A stretch of DNA of 64,000 bases, taken from positions 850,066 through 914,065 of the forward strand of contig CAZFRF010000001.1 in the NCBI GenBank assembly GCA_964521295.1, written 5' to 3'. This DNA is from an uncultured Gammaproteobacteria bacterium. Its GTDB lineage: Bacteria > Patescibacteriota > Microgenomatia > Levybacterales > UBA12049. Each line of letters opens with the position of its first letter. The stretch's first letter is position 1. Positions 12,001-18,029 of the stretch are shown here, piece after piece. A program made the translations under genes and the position numbers. Under the pieces are notes generated by a model. It worked only from the letters and a program-made list of their open reading frames with translations, was not told the DNA's origin and searched no databases.

Positions 12001-15000
12001 AGGCTCCTGAGTTTAATGTTCCAATTGCTAATTTATCATCTGTTTTAAGAGTATCAGCTGCTGATCTGTATAAATTAGTATCTCTAGAAGCACCAAAAGC
12101 AATTCCATTGGCAGCATCAGTATTATCAGCACCAGATGATAACCAAAGAACTTGAGTATCAGCGCCTGCTATTGTTATTCCGTAATCATTAGTATCTCCT
12201 CCTGTTTGATCTTGAATATATAGACCATGATTGTTGACGATGGTGCCTGTCGAAGTAGGGTTTTGAATATGGATACCATATGCGTTAGTAATTGTAGCCG
12301 TGGCATTAGATGCTGATATAAGAGATGTTATTCCATAACAGTTTGTTATTGTTGTCCCTGCGCTAGCAGCTTGGCATTGTGACCATATGCCATATGTATT
12401 TGTAAATGTTTCAGATAGGCCACTAGACTGTAATCCTCTTGCCCAAATTCCATAAGTAGTATCTGCATCTTGTGAATCAAAATATCCTCCGTATCCAGTA
12501 ACGATTCCATTTGAAGCGTAATCTCCATTTTCATAGGATTGAGCATATATTCCTCGGCTTGTCGTTATGGTTGCGCCGTCAGTTGTGGCATAGGAAATGA
12601 ATCTACCACCGTCATTGTTAGTTACAGTACCACCCGCATTACTGTTTTGGGCAATACCATATATGCCCATATTACTTGTTACTGTTCCTGCGGCATTCAA
12701 ATTTGCAATTCCATATGTGCCGGCCGAAGTAGTTGCTGTATTACCAAAGGAAGAGAGAGTGGAGGAGCTTATTAAGGAATATCCTTGAGTTCCATAAGAA
12801 GTGTCAATTGTGTAGCCATTGTTTAATTGCGATACGTTATATCCTGCGATTGCAGTATGTGAGAACATATCGTCACTTGCAGTGGTAGTTACATAATTAT
12901 ATAGTCCATAATCTGTTCTATTTGCGTTAATAGTTCCAGTTATGGTTCGTTGAACTGTGCCTGTATATGTTTTTGCGTTAATATCTGAATTTGAATCATT
13001 TATGTCAAAAAGTCTATCTGTTCTCGCAATAGTTCCATTGCCAAGTGCTAGGGTTGGGGCAAGAGCGTTTCCGTTTGAATCTACTTGGAAAAGGTCTCCA
13101 TTTCCAACTACAAATAGCTTAGAAGGAGTGGAATCTCCAATTCCTACGTTTCCACCGTTTGGTTGAAGTAAGAGATATGATGTTGTTTTAGTAGCGTGTG
13201 ATGTTCCTTCAAGAGTAAGATTTCCATTAGCAGCAGTGTCTCCATAAACTGTTCCTGCACCATTTCTAGGCATTAACCAAATATTTCCAGTAGTATTTCC
13301 ACCGAGAGTTAAATTGTTATTAGTTGTAGTCTGAATGCTTCTTGCTCCGCCTGATAGGGTAAGGTTTCCTGCAATTGATGCAGTCGAGCCAACCGTAAGG
13401 GTATCATCGATAGTTACATCGTTGTAGAATCTAGAATCTCCATTGTCATCAATTGCGAATGATGTCCCGCCTCTAATTTGGAAAACTATTCCGTTGGTTC
13501 CAGCTGAAGGAGCAGTATTGGATGAATCCGTAGTGGCATTAATTATTAAGCTTTTAGCATTGTTAGTTGCTGAATAGCTTGTTAAAAAGTTGCCTCCAGC
13601 AGTACCGCCAATTCCAACATTTTGAGTTGTGCTTCTGCCGATATTGGCAACATCAGTAATGTCTCTAAAGGCTGATAATAAGGAAATTGGGGTGGTTGTG
13701 CCAATTCCAACATAGCCTGAGTTGTTAAGAGGGGAGAGGATTATATTCCCAGTAGTATTTCCGCCTATGGTGAGTTGTTGGTTGGCAGTAGATTGAATTT
13801 GAGCAGTGCCATTTCTGAAAGTAAATTGTCCGCCGACAGACGCTGCGCCGTCTACATCCAATATTGCAGTGGGAGAAGTGGTTCCAATTCCCAATCTACC
13901 ATTTGGTGTAATTCTCATTTGCTCTGATCCACCAAGCTTCCAGGTTAGGGTAGGTGCAGATGCGCCTGTGATTTCTTGCTCAATTATATTAGTAGCCTCT
14001 GTAAAGTTGTATTGAAAAATTGGCAGATTTGATCCACCTGCTCTTTGTAATCTAAATAATGTACCATCTCCAGTACTATTTACTTGGAGTCTAGCAAGAG
14101 GGTTAGTAGTTCCAATTCCTACATTGCCACCTGCACCATTTTTTGGCATTACAATTAAATTTCCGGCAACAGTTGCAGTTGCTGGTCCTGTTCCATTTAA
14201 GCCTAGAACTGCGAATTTTGCAGTTGCTGTAGCTGTTCCACCTAAAAGAAAGTCCATTGTTGAGTTAATTGGAGTTAAAGCTTTTCCATCAGAGGAGGTG
14301 GTCCACCAATCTGTTGGAAGTCCGCTCGCACAAGAACCCCAGGTGGGAGTTGTAGCTCCAGAAACTAAACAAAGTCCAGAGCTACCAGTTACTGCGCTTA
14401 AAGCTCCTGTTGCTGAATCAGCATATAAGACTCTATTGTTTCCGGTGAAGGAGGTAGTTAGCGTTCCTATTAAGGTTGCGGATCCTAACTGAAGCGTACC
14501 TGCTGAAGCATAAATATCATGATTTCCAGATCCACTAAACCTAAGATCTGCTCCGGTTCCACTTAATACTATGCCTGTTGCTCCACCTACTGAAATATCA
14601 CCTGAATTTGTTTGGTTTCCACCGTTATCTACGGTAAATACTGGCGCTCCAGAAACGGAAGCGCTAATTACTGGACCTGTAGAATTTTGATTTACTGTGA
14701 ATGCCGATTGTCCAGATGAGGTAGCGAGAATTGCAAACTGATCATTAACTTCAACTGCTCCTGCTGCTGTAAAAGCTCCTGCTGCTGATCTAATATTGGT
14801 AGAAAGAGTATTGTTTTGTAAAGGTTTTTGGACATCAATTTTACCAGTGCCATTTGGACTAATGACTACATTTGAATTACTAGAGTCATTAGTTGTTAAA
14901 AGTAATGGTTGACCTGAAAGCTTAAATTGTCCGCCGCTTGCTGAGAAAGCAGGTGAGGCTGATCCACCAATTGTTAGGTTTCCGGATGAGTCTAGGGCTA

Positions 15001-16582
15001 AGACAACATTTGATGTGCCTGCGGCTGTAGCAGTGATTGGAAGAAGTCCTTGTAATGTTTCAGAATTCGCTGCATAGCCGACAGTTGCAATTTGTTGCCT
15101 AGGAGTAAGCTCTCCTGTTGATTCAACGGTTACACCTAGGAACAAAGCTGCATTTTCTGCAAATAGAGTAGAGGGGATTGCACATTGTCCAGTTGCAATT
15201 GCGATTGGATTAGCGCAGGTTGGTCCACTACCAAGTAAGGTATTAAAAATACCATCTTGGTCTGGTGTTACTTTGTCTACTTCTTGCCAAAGTAAAATAC
15301 CTGCACCTGTTCCTGGAGTTTGTTGAGTGTAGATCGCAAATCTAAGATTGGTTAAAGAAGTAATAGGATTATCATTGTTATCTGTAAGTCTTCCTTGGAA
15401 GGAAAGGATTCTATTTGGTGAGGTTGGTAGGTTAGGAGCAGCTGTGATTTTAGATTGGTTTCCAAAGAAGGAATTATAAAAACCTAAAGATATGGCAACA
15501 ATAACGATAATAAATACTGCAAAGTGGAAATAGTGGGTAATTGCATATGAATGATATCTTTTGTACCAATTTGGTCTAGTAAATCTAGCGTGAAAAATAA
15601 TTCTTTGTAGAGGAGAAAGAGAACTAACGGCTATGGTTGAAGGTGCAAAAACCTTTTTAGAAATATTTCTTATACCCAATAAGTCTTTGTGGGTAATGTT
15701 TTTAATTTGAAATGTTTGGGGATTCTTGTGAAAAATTGGTTTTCCTTTGAGTGTCCAGGCTAAATCTTGTCCTTTTTTAGCAAAAGAAGCTAAAGGAAGT
15801 ATTAATGCAGCATCTAAAGCTAAGATTAATCCTTGGGATAGTTTCTGAGCAAGTCTTAAAGGAGGGAATCTGGAATATGTTTTAGTTTTAATTTCTGGTT
15901 GTGAAAATTCAGGAGTCTCAGGTATAAATAATTTTTGTTTTGCCTCATTTATATTTGTGAAATCTAATACTTTTTCAGTTAAGATGCCAGCTTCATCTGC
16001 CCAAGTTAGATATTTTCTCAAAGAAGATAGTTTTCTATTAACAGAGGCTGGCGAAAAGCCTTTGGAGCTACTTAATGCTGTCTTGTATTCTTCGATAAAT
16101 TCCTTGCTTATTCTGCCTGGTAATATTGAGTCTTCGAGTCCAGTGGCTTCCTTTGCCCAATTAATGAATTGTTTAACATCAATGATATAGTTTTTTATAG
16201 TAAGATGCGCTGCGTTAGTATCGAATAAGCTGCTTTTGAAATCCTTTAGCTTCCAATAGTCTTTTTCTTCTGGTTTATTTAAGGCTAAAGCTTCGAAAGG
16301 ATCAAAGGTTATTTGATTTTCGATCTTAAGGAATTTGAAGAATTTTCTAAGGGATGATAAGTGTCTTTGCATTGATGAAGCAGAGAAGACTGAGGAGTTG
16401 TCTTTTTTGTACTCTTCGAGTGTTTGGAAATTAACTTGGCCAGGAGTAAAGCTTGAGTTGTATTTCTGAGAAAACCAGTTAACGAAATGATTAATATCCG
16501 ATAAGTAGTTTTTTACAGTAACCTTTGAAGGCTGAACTTCTTGTGAAAATAAATAATTTTTAAAGCTTGTTAATAAATCCAT
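1..16582 (-). CDS. Giant cell-surface repeat protein of at least 5,527 codons; its 3' end lies beyond window position 1. Domain order: N-terminal 2x integrase-SAM-like (core-binding-like) repeats, one TM helix, then tail-fibre-like 'GNVGIGTTxP(D/T)xALEINS...NSGGDLTINPSG' repeat units, two CBM4_9-like jelly-roll modules, and Kelch-like blades.
   Basis: Manual reverse-complement translation from ATG (complement of 16580-16582; an in-frame stop lies just upstream at 16604-16606) stays open in one frame (codon first bases at positions congruent to 1 mod 3) all the way to position 1. The frame was spot-checked at 12002-12058 and at 1-10. The gene is absent from the ORF track because no stop lies inside the window. 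All listed ORFs in 1-16582 are short, antisense or out of frame. N-terminus: MDLLTSFKNYLFSQEV...RHLSSLRKFFKFL plus a second copy ...NRKLSSLRKYLTWA, then a hydrophobic helix HYFHFAVFIIVIVAISLGFY. Confidence 0.8.
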   Translation of the reverse strand, partial: MDLLTSFKNYLFSQEVQPSKVTVKNYLSDINHFVNWFSQKYNSSFTPGQVNFQTLEEYKKDNSSVFSASSMQRHLSSLRKFFKFLKIENQITFDPFEALALNKPEEKDYWKLKDFKSSLFDTNAAHLTIKNYIIDVKQFINWAKEATGLEDSILPGRISKEFIEEYKTALSSSKGFSPASVNRKLSSLRKYLTWADEAGILTEKVLDFTNINEAKQKLFIPETPEFSQPEIKTKTYSRFPPLRLAQKLSQGLILALDAALILPLASFAKKGQDLAWTLKGKPIFHKNPQTFQIKNITHKDLLGIRNISKKVFAPSTIAVSSLSPLQRIIFHARFTRPNWYKRYHSYAITHYFHFAVFIIVIVAISLGFYNSFFGNQSKITAAPNLPTSPNRILSFQGRLTDNNDNPITSLTNLRFAIYTQQTPGTGAGILLWQEVDKVTPDQDGIFNTLLGSGPTCANPIAIATGQCAIPSTLFAENAALFLGVTVESTGELTPRQQIATVGYAANSETLQGLLPITATAAGTSNVVLALDSSGNLTIGGSASPAFSASGGQFKLSGQPLLLTTNDSSNSNVVISPNGTGKIDVQKPLQNNTLSTNIRSAAGAFTAAGAVEVNDQFAILATSSGQSAFTVNQNSTGPVISASVSGAPVFTVDNGGNQTNSGDISVGGATGIVLSGTGADLRFSGSGNHDIYASAGTLQLGSATLIGTLTTSFTGNNRVLYADSATGALSAVTGSSGLCLVSGATTPTWGSCASGLPTDWWTTSSDGKALTPINSTMDFLLGGTATATAKFAVLGLNGTGPATATVAGNLIVMPKNGAGGNVGIGTTNPLARLQVNSTGDGTLFRLQRAGGSNLPIFQYNFTEATNIIEQEITGASAPTLTWKLGGSEQMRITPNGRLGIGTTSPTAILDVDGAASVGGQFTFRNGTAQIQSTANQQLTIGGNTTGNIILSPLNNSGYVGIGTTTPISLLSAFRDITDVANIGRSTTQNVGIGGTAGGNFLTSYSATNNAKSLIINATTDSSNTAPSAGTNGIVFQIRGGTSFAIDDNGDSRFYNDVTIDDTLTVGSTASIAGNLTLSGGARSIQTTTNNNLTLGGNTTGNIWLMPRNGAGTVYGDTAANGNLTLEGTSHATKTTSYLLLQPNGGNVGIGDSTPSKLFVVGNGDLFQVDSNGNALAPTLALGNGTIARTDRLFDINDSNSDINAKTYTGTVQRTITGTINANRTDYGLYNYVTTTASDDMFSHTAIAGYNVSQLNNGYTIDTSYGTQGYSLISSSTLSSFGNTATTSAGTYGIANLNAAGTVTSNMGIYGIAQNSNAGGTVTNNDGGRFISYATTDGATITTSRGIYAQSYENGDYASNGIVTGYGGYFDSQDADTTYGIWARGLQSSGLSETFTNTYGIWSQCQAASAGTTITNCYGITSLISASNATATITNAYGIHIQNPTSTGTIVNNHGLYIQDQTGGDTNDYGITIAGADTQVLWLSSGADNTDAANGIAFGASRDTNLYRSAADTLKTDDKLAIGTLNSGASNPLCYDGSNILSTCAAGALGTNWWTTSTDGKALTPINNTMDLLVGGNSTSSAQFAVLNIAGTLTPIASVSATAGSDATKGIYLSGNGSLQSVRNNTLTIGGSTTGNIALMPRNGNGNVGIGTSSPTEPLDISGSSTNPIYARVVNTSSGGSGFLVANSTGTNTGRFYWDNNNAKLVIGTITNNPVSFFLNNSEIARFDTSGNLGINTTTPTAKLDINGDASTSGSLVFNGSNKSIDILNGSRLDFQVSPGGDAGLTNAMTIAGNGNVGIGTTNPGTSKLNVQGGAMQQYLASGNNQGLWLHGGDTSNNYVRTENTTGNFDFGQGNNSAFITSANDPLSINVNGSTAMYFPSAGNVGIGTTGPDRALEINSATGVNLRLTYNDNNGSATNYADLVTNSGGDLSINPSGGDLITSGAFTSQNGNIYAGVNDTTGGLFHAYGNGTGSSEGGEVILYTAADYDTTVNAYNLDAYQDDFRIYQGSNTRLTITNTGLVGLGVGNTVPTSQLYVSRPLASGATGKALSIFDQIENQDIFTASASGTPVFTITRAGGISLGSNGLNYGTGSQCIAGGATASWVNCALGTNWWTTSTDGKALTPINNTMDLLVGGNSTSSAQFAVLNIAGTLTPIASVSATAGSDATKGIYLSGNGSLQSVRNNTLTIGGSTTGNINLSPSNGSGFVNISGGLGASGIIAGKNILPYQYASWETGVDGTNIPSARNVNVTSVTISTADAYDGTRSVAVSTNGSATDGYAYLNGTSSTSYNIPIKPSTKYAFSVYSKLSAGTTCSVEMYVRESDGTHRSAGGTADTSSWTRLSNTFTSNSGSTAVIIRVDANCASTTALFDGFMLEEIPTSQTYASAWSSNGNFGIRMDQNNLLGLDGSASVSGNLVLEGASRSIQSYDQNTLTIGGSTTGNITLLPNNGTGGLINNNGYIAANGNTTITGSPLTVGTNLGWKVGLWSNSFALGIANSTLAVKTGTWLSIFGSSNPANNATNSTPDTNSNINFNATTGDASISGSLVFQSASNQTIDILNGSRLDFQTSPGGDAGLTNAMTIAGNGRVGIGTTNPTAKFQVTGTSGAGGTGDFITNLQGGSVTESDLYILNSRDVNTGVGYAAKVIGVNVQNAVGAANEVYLRSNNGGITSAGAIYLGADDVNQGVFGVLGTPISSAPGTALTHLLTVKGNGNVGIGTTAPDRALEINSATGNNLRLTYNDNNGSATNYADLTTNSGGDLTINPSGSNVVIGSGNYLSVGGTTQVGQITGITSATNPSNGIDTFALTASGSYGGGIGLADGTGNFGIWTDTTGTVARFGFGTSLGALTSYMSLTNAGALTIADDFRVNGNDILDSAGTSRLTLGATTTLTNTGLTFSGTTGITASSLTSMTTGAAFTLNGTSYVRVGDTATPGTATGDDDLFVEGDLEVDGVLYTDGGIDTALTPGSVVFAGTSGVLSQDNASLFYDDTNDSLGIGTAAPGSTTRLSVAKTWGSATATEQFGIYSTINYSAADTGLKQNLRLNTGATHTTGTQANLIGLLSLVTGAGNGGTTTNAYGLWSRIDSATGHTVTNGINYGINNGTVTGTLTNQMGIQVGGLTTGTNNAGILIGEATGTNQSNLVIGSTSIPTGTYSIYNSSTDQNYFAGNVGISTTGPLTKLHVAGGSTTPAGELGSSLITGSTTAMRLAMGVDNTSTMYSWIQSVENGSTQRALSLNPIGGNVGIGTTAPDRALEINSSGGTNLRLTYNDSNGSATNYADLTTNSGGDLTIDPSGGQVVLNNTGDSSLATALSGALILGDTAGDNITMDGNEIMARTAGTTASTLFLNAEGGLVSVGAGGLTSTGTLTANGTLDANGIFTLGDGGETGAITTSDWAIDTTGNITNIGNISNTANASQPYLVLDSVGTGDDWTAQGAYISIGEGGALGSASMHITYTGNGYGYTGAGTVTSGIPAGGYWRYTYNTQNIYTPGSVQIGSNLDVDGNLNVTGLTYAANDFAVASHSAIPAPYNNTNMLANPSFETFAGGLGIADNWNSAGTGTRGRIANQSANHDGAWGLYLTNTGSDTQSQNISSYKIPVSPSTGYTASTWAKVDTACGDGFYLRVIWYDQWGNYLSYNDIYSNSGAVTTSWDNYSGQVTSAANAYHAAVQIYNHNPTNACTLYIDQVSLRASLIDADIAVNGDLLVGSLSETISQAGFSLTGDDLFVTDSIGAEGWIYSDTGLDISDNGKAAGTSMLKIGDDTFLTDVDVANTLGIYSSSDTTRGSIKLGSAGPTLAGTSALLTLTGALNVSSNLDVDGTSNDIAGTLNLSGNTLTSSGDLTIDAAGGGVKIGTGTPGIVDLAGDDLYVTGDLEVAGTTYLGSIDTSLTPGSVVFAGTSGVLSQDNTNFFWDDSANKLGIGDSTPDAKLTLGNNVATGFLDTFAEYQILLYSDATAGNSYGLGVKGSTMVFNTYDAYSWDRRGTTTSMTLDASSNLAVTGNIDAIGGTYNSANNVLSDTDATQPRLVLDSLSTGDNWTSQGAYISLGESGALGSAAMHITYTGDGYGYTGAGTVTSGIPAGGYWRYLYNNQQIYTPSSVDVTNNLTLTQPSATTNTLYGLKNSVGTDKGWFGIIGTAGAYITGSSQYDVFVRSQQNLWFAANAAGTADMMIESSTGKVGIGTTSPEVALDIEKATGNTFGKFGSSFPLYTVASNPTVGFNAYYNSGWKFGQGSTAHYGGEINVSPSTGTMSFNISNAAGAADGAITMQNMLTILQNGNIGVGTTAPDRALEINSSGGTNLRLTYNDSNGSATNYADLTTNSGGDLTINPSGGDISITSDRINFNTTGVAAPTFTNYSSGVKIVLYNDLSGSAAGYTLGIESGTMFSTVSTTGQQFKWYGGTTTAMTLSGAGALTLVGNLAVNGDNITTDGSLTISPTTTLTLNSTGDMTLDSSGDIILDAAGDDVIFKDNGTTYATITNGATNTTFTPLSDGLFVNGSLGVGIAPSSIYRTYFYNQGTDATSKSTSRVLLQNICTSVACSGQYLALDAAAENHSASTQNTTGSLIAIGGTIGNSDTGTVAGVRGLSLTLSGNSGTITNTYGVYIGDLTAGTQTNTPYSIYSSDAGTYNYFAGEVGVGTASPNGIGGGGIMEIVNNDASTNTALTVLNLTRSSTGTAADGIGARLEFNLEDDGSTIREAATINALLTDSSNGSIDSALTFNTRYNQSAFREVLRLTGNSLVGLGTTNPTSELYVTRALSAGTTGKSLTILDQIENQDIFAASSSGTSRFVITNAGKVGINNPLPSGYLSIKAVGAGAPTLVEGYDTTTGTNKAFTLNTDSNGNGSLDLYITGSKKVHLVAWGGDSSYILDSDFGLGTTTPKAKLDVAGSASISGNLAYSGGTNNFSNYVLNGSKLNFMVSPGGTEGNGDIGDGFSTANQSQLPQALNDTFGSITSASVNGTTYIYSLGGQNSGGTSLSTVYKSRVDATFGNAGTFSSTANALPGIRWGGGATTATIGSSTYVYLIGGSSGSVQSTAYYATLSNSDGNPGTFATTSPILATRLEPAVTTATVGGTTYIYAMGGFNSTAVNTNPTSTVYKATVNSNGTLGTFSTTSPLLANRGGGGAVSATIGSSTYVYYVGGGDSQGRSTVYKAAVNPSNGTLGTFSSVTGLPMNRQEGGTEIVTLNDKTYIYSIGSGDNNAVTSSNAVYKTALDSSGNPGTWSSSGQSQLPQNVAYIGTTLVTVNGNSYIFAVGGSGESAASLSTVYRAGIGNVALTIANNGYVGIGTSNPGAQLAITWGPDVSLSNAGTFIIGDTGGQNVGFDNNELQARLNGTTSKLWLNNNGGEVGIGAGGLDVEGNIQLDIQNVSGTFAFCHGTNGAQADSNINDCNGSATDIAEYYPGTEDMEPGDLVSLVASSDARFKYQVVKPTTPYDQNLIGVVSTIPTGPNGDVLGDSTIPEDHYPQAIGLAGRVVVKVSLENGPIRTNDYLTSSSVPGVAMKATKSSRVVGRAIEDYDGTVQVSSGSRDQERY
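3603..3750. repeat. Copy of a ~140-bp near-identical coding repeat (the module encoding ...NSGGDLTINPSGG...LRLTYNDNNGSATNYADL...)
   Basis: Visual alignment with 6711-6858 gives roughly 95% identity. It is more distantly similar to 8297-8435 and 10785-10920. Confidence 0.6.
6711..6858. repeat. Copy of the same ~140-bp coding repeat
   Basis: Contains 'atctccacctgagttggtagttaaatctgcatagtttgtagcagatccattactatc' as in 3603-3750. Confidence 0.6.
8297..8435. repeat. Copy of the same ~140-bp coding repeat, sub-family B
   Basis: Contains 'aaatctccgcctgaattagtagttaaatctgcatagttagttgcagaaccattgttatcattgtatgt', nearly identical to 10785-10920. Confidence 0.6.
10021..10261. repeat. Intragenic 240-bp perfect direct repeat, copy 1 (inside the giant gene)
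   Basis: Read directly: 'caatggttaaggtattgtttctaacagattgcaatg...catcagtagaggttgtccaccagttagtgcc' is identical at 10021-10261 and 11701-11941. The offset is 1680 bp, which is 560 codons, so the copies are in frame. Confidence 0.9.
10785..10920. repeat. Copy of the same ~140-bp coding repeat, sub-family B
   Basis: See 8297-8435. Confidence 0.6.
11701..11941. repeat. Intragenic 240-bp perfect direct repeat, copy 2
   Basis: Identical to 10021-10261. The 20 bp flanking upstream already diverge at a few positions. Confidence 0.9.
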
Positions 16583-17114
16583 TTTAATTGTGACTCTTAA
16601 TATTTAAAAAAGAGTAGGCAGGCACGAGATTATACAGATTATACGCATTATACTCTTGTGAAAAAGAAAATTTACTCATACTATTAGAATAGAAAAAAAT
16701 GAATTTTCAAGTCAATGACCTAGAGTAAAGATCCATAAGATATTTTGATATAGTTTAATATATTCTAGAAAAAATGAATTTCACGGGAAAAATGGTGCAT
16801 TTGTTGAGCATTTAGTTGAAGTAGGGGGTTATAGGTCAAATTTTATATATTTCAAAATATAACAAAGTATAACATTGATTTTGTAATTCTAAATTGTTGT
16901 CCTAATGCTTTCCTAAATATTGATTAAGAAATTAATTAAATATTATGCCTGAAAGGTATTATTTTAGCAGACATTGTCTTTTACTGATAAGATAAATTTA
17001 TAATAGTTTTAGATTGTTAAATCAATAAAAATAACTTTATATTGCAGGTTATATTTATTAATTAGCTTCGAGCTTGTATTTAATATTATTTTCTATGTAC
17101 AATAAGTGTAAGTA

Positions 17115-18014
17115 ATGAAGACTCTGCCCAGAATTGTACTTATTTTTTCTTTTCTTCTTTTGTTCTTAGCAAAGGGAAGCTCAGTTTTTGCTCAACAAGC
17201 AGTTCCTTTGGTTGCCCCAAGGCCAGGAGCATCCTCAACAACAGTATCGGGGACAATAGGAAATTATTACATTACTCTTAAGGGTTATATTGCTCCTTTT
17301 GCTTCCATAGTTTTATACGGATCTGATGGTGCTTTTCTAAAAGCAGTTGTTACAGACTCAAAAGGATATTTTACAGTCACAGATTTATTAGTTAAGAAAG
17401 GTTTTTCTAAGGTTTGTTTTGATGCAATTGACTTTAAAAGACTAGGTGAATCATATTCTTGTCTTACTTTTTCGCCTATTGAGGGACCACGAACAATTGA
17501 TGGTATTTTTCTACCACCAACCCTTGGTTTATCTAGATCAGAGATAGCAGCTGGTTCCTCAGCTATTGCTTGGGGTTATTCTATGCCATATGCAATTGTA
17601 ACTGTGCACGTTGGTAATGTTGTCTATTCAACTACTGCAGATTCTAATGGATATTATCAAATTGAGCTTAAAAACGTAAAAGCTGGAGTATATTCTTTAT
17701 ACTCAACTGCGGAATTAAATGCAAAACCTTCGCTAGATCCTCAAAAAAGAGTACAGCTAAAAGCTTTGTCATGGTGGGAGCAGTTTATTGCTTGGATAAT
17801 GCAGCTTCTTAAAAAGATTTGGGTATTCTTAACTTCATTTACCATAACACCGTTTTGGATTGCTATACCAGTCTTTATCCTCATTATTATACTAATTTTA
17901 AAGATCTGGCCTGAGAAATTTACCATTCTTTATCACAATAGATTAGTAATCTTTTTTACCAAACTCTTTAGAAGACATAAGCCTCTTCATCACGAATACT
18001 TCATGGGTTATTAA
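17115..18014 (+). CDS. Secreted, C-terminally membrane-anchored protein with two carboxypeptidase-regulatory-like / Ig-like beta-sandwich segments
   Basis: N-terminal signal peptide MKTLPRIVLIFSFLLLFLAKGSSVFA. C-terminal TM IPVFILIIILILKIW. Motifs 'TVHVGNVVYSTTADSNGYYQIELKNVKAGVYSLYST' and 'IVLYGSDGAFLKAVVTDSKGYFTV' fit CarboxypepD_reg-like patterns. Confidence 0.55.
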   Translation: MKTLPRIVLIFSFLLLFLAKGSSVFAQQAVPLVAPRPGASSTTVSGTIGNYYITLKGYIAPFASIVLYGSDGAFLKAVVTDSKGYFTVTDLLVKKGFSKVCFDAIDFKRLGESYSCLTFSPIEGPRTIDGIFLPPTLGLSRSEIAAGSSAIAWGYSMPYAIVTVHVGNVVYSTTADSNGYYQIELKNVKAGVYSLYSTAELNAKPSLDPQKRVQLKALSWWEQFIAWIMQLLKKIWVFLTSFTITPFWIAIPVFILIIILILKIWPEKFTILYHNRLVIFFTKLFRRHKPLHHEYFMGY

Positions 18015-18029
18015 TTTAAACTTACTGTT

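Noticed and set aside
468-14492. Many 60-130-aa plus-strand ORFs in the track (for example 6372-6764, 14124-14492, 12597-12788).
   Set aside because: They lie antisense to, and inside, the continuous minus-strand giant ORF. Their proline/valine-rich low-complexity translations are what the antisense of a Gly/Thr/Asn-rich repeat gene produces.
1-16582. The absence of any long ORF in the track over 16 kb suggested an alternative genetic code (UGA recoded, as in SR1/Gracilibacteria or Mycoplasma).
   Set aside because: TGA clearly terminates the sortase gene (42263-42265) and the first comEC ORF (28678-28680), and long standard-code ORFs (leuS, argS, the GH-like paralogs) are intact. The giant ORF is missing only because it has no stop inside the window, so the track omits edge-truncated ORFs.
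15500-16582. Integrase/XerD-like similarity at the start of the giant gene could indicate a mobile element or prophage integrase.
   Set aside because: Only the N-terminal SAM/core-binding-like domain pattern is present, duplicated. No catalytic R-H-R-Y domain, attachment sites or phage genes were seen. It is fused in frame to a TM helix and the fibre repeats.
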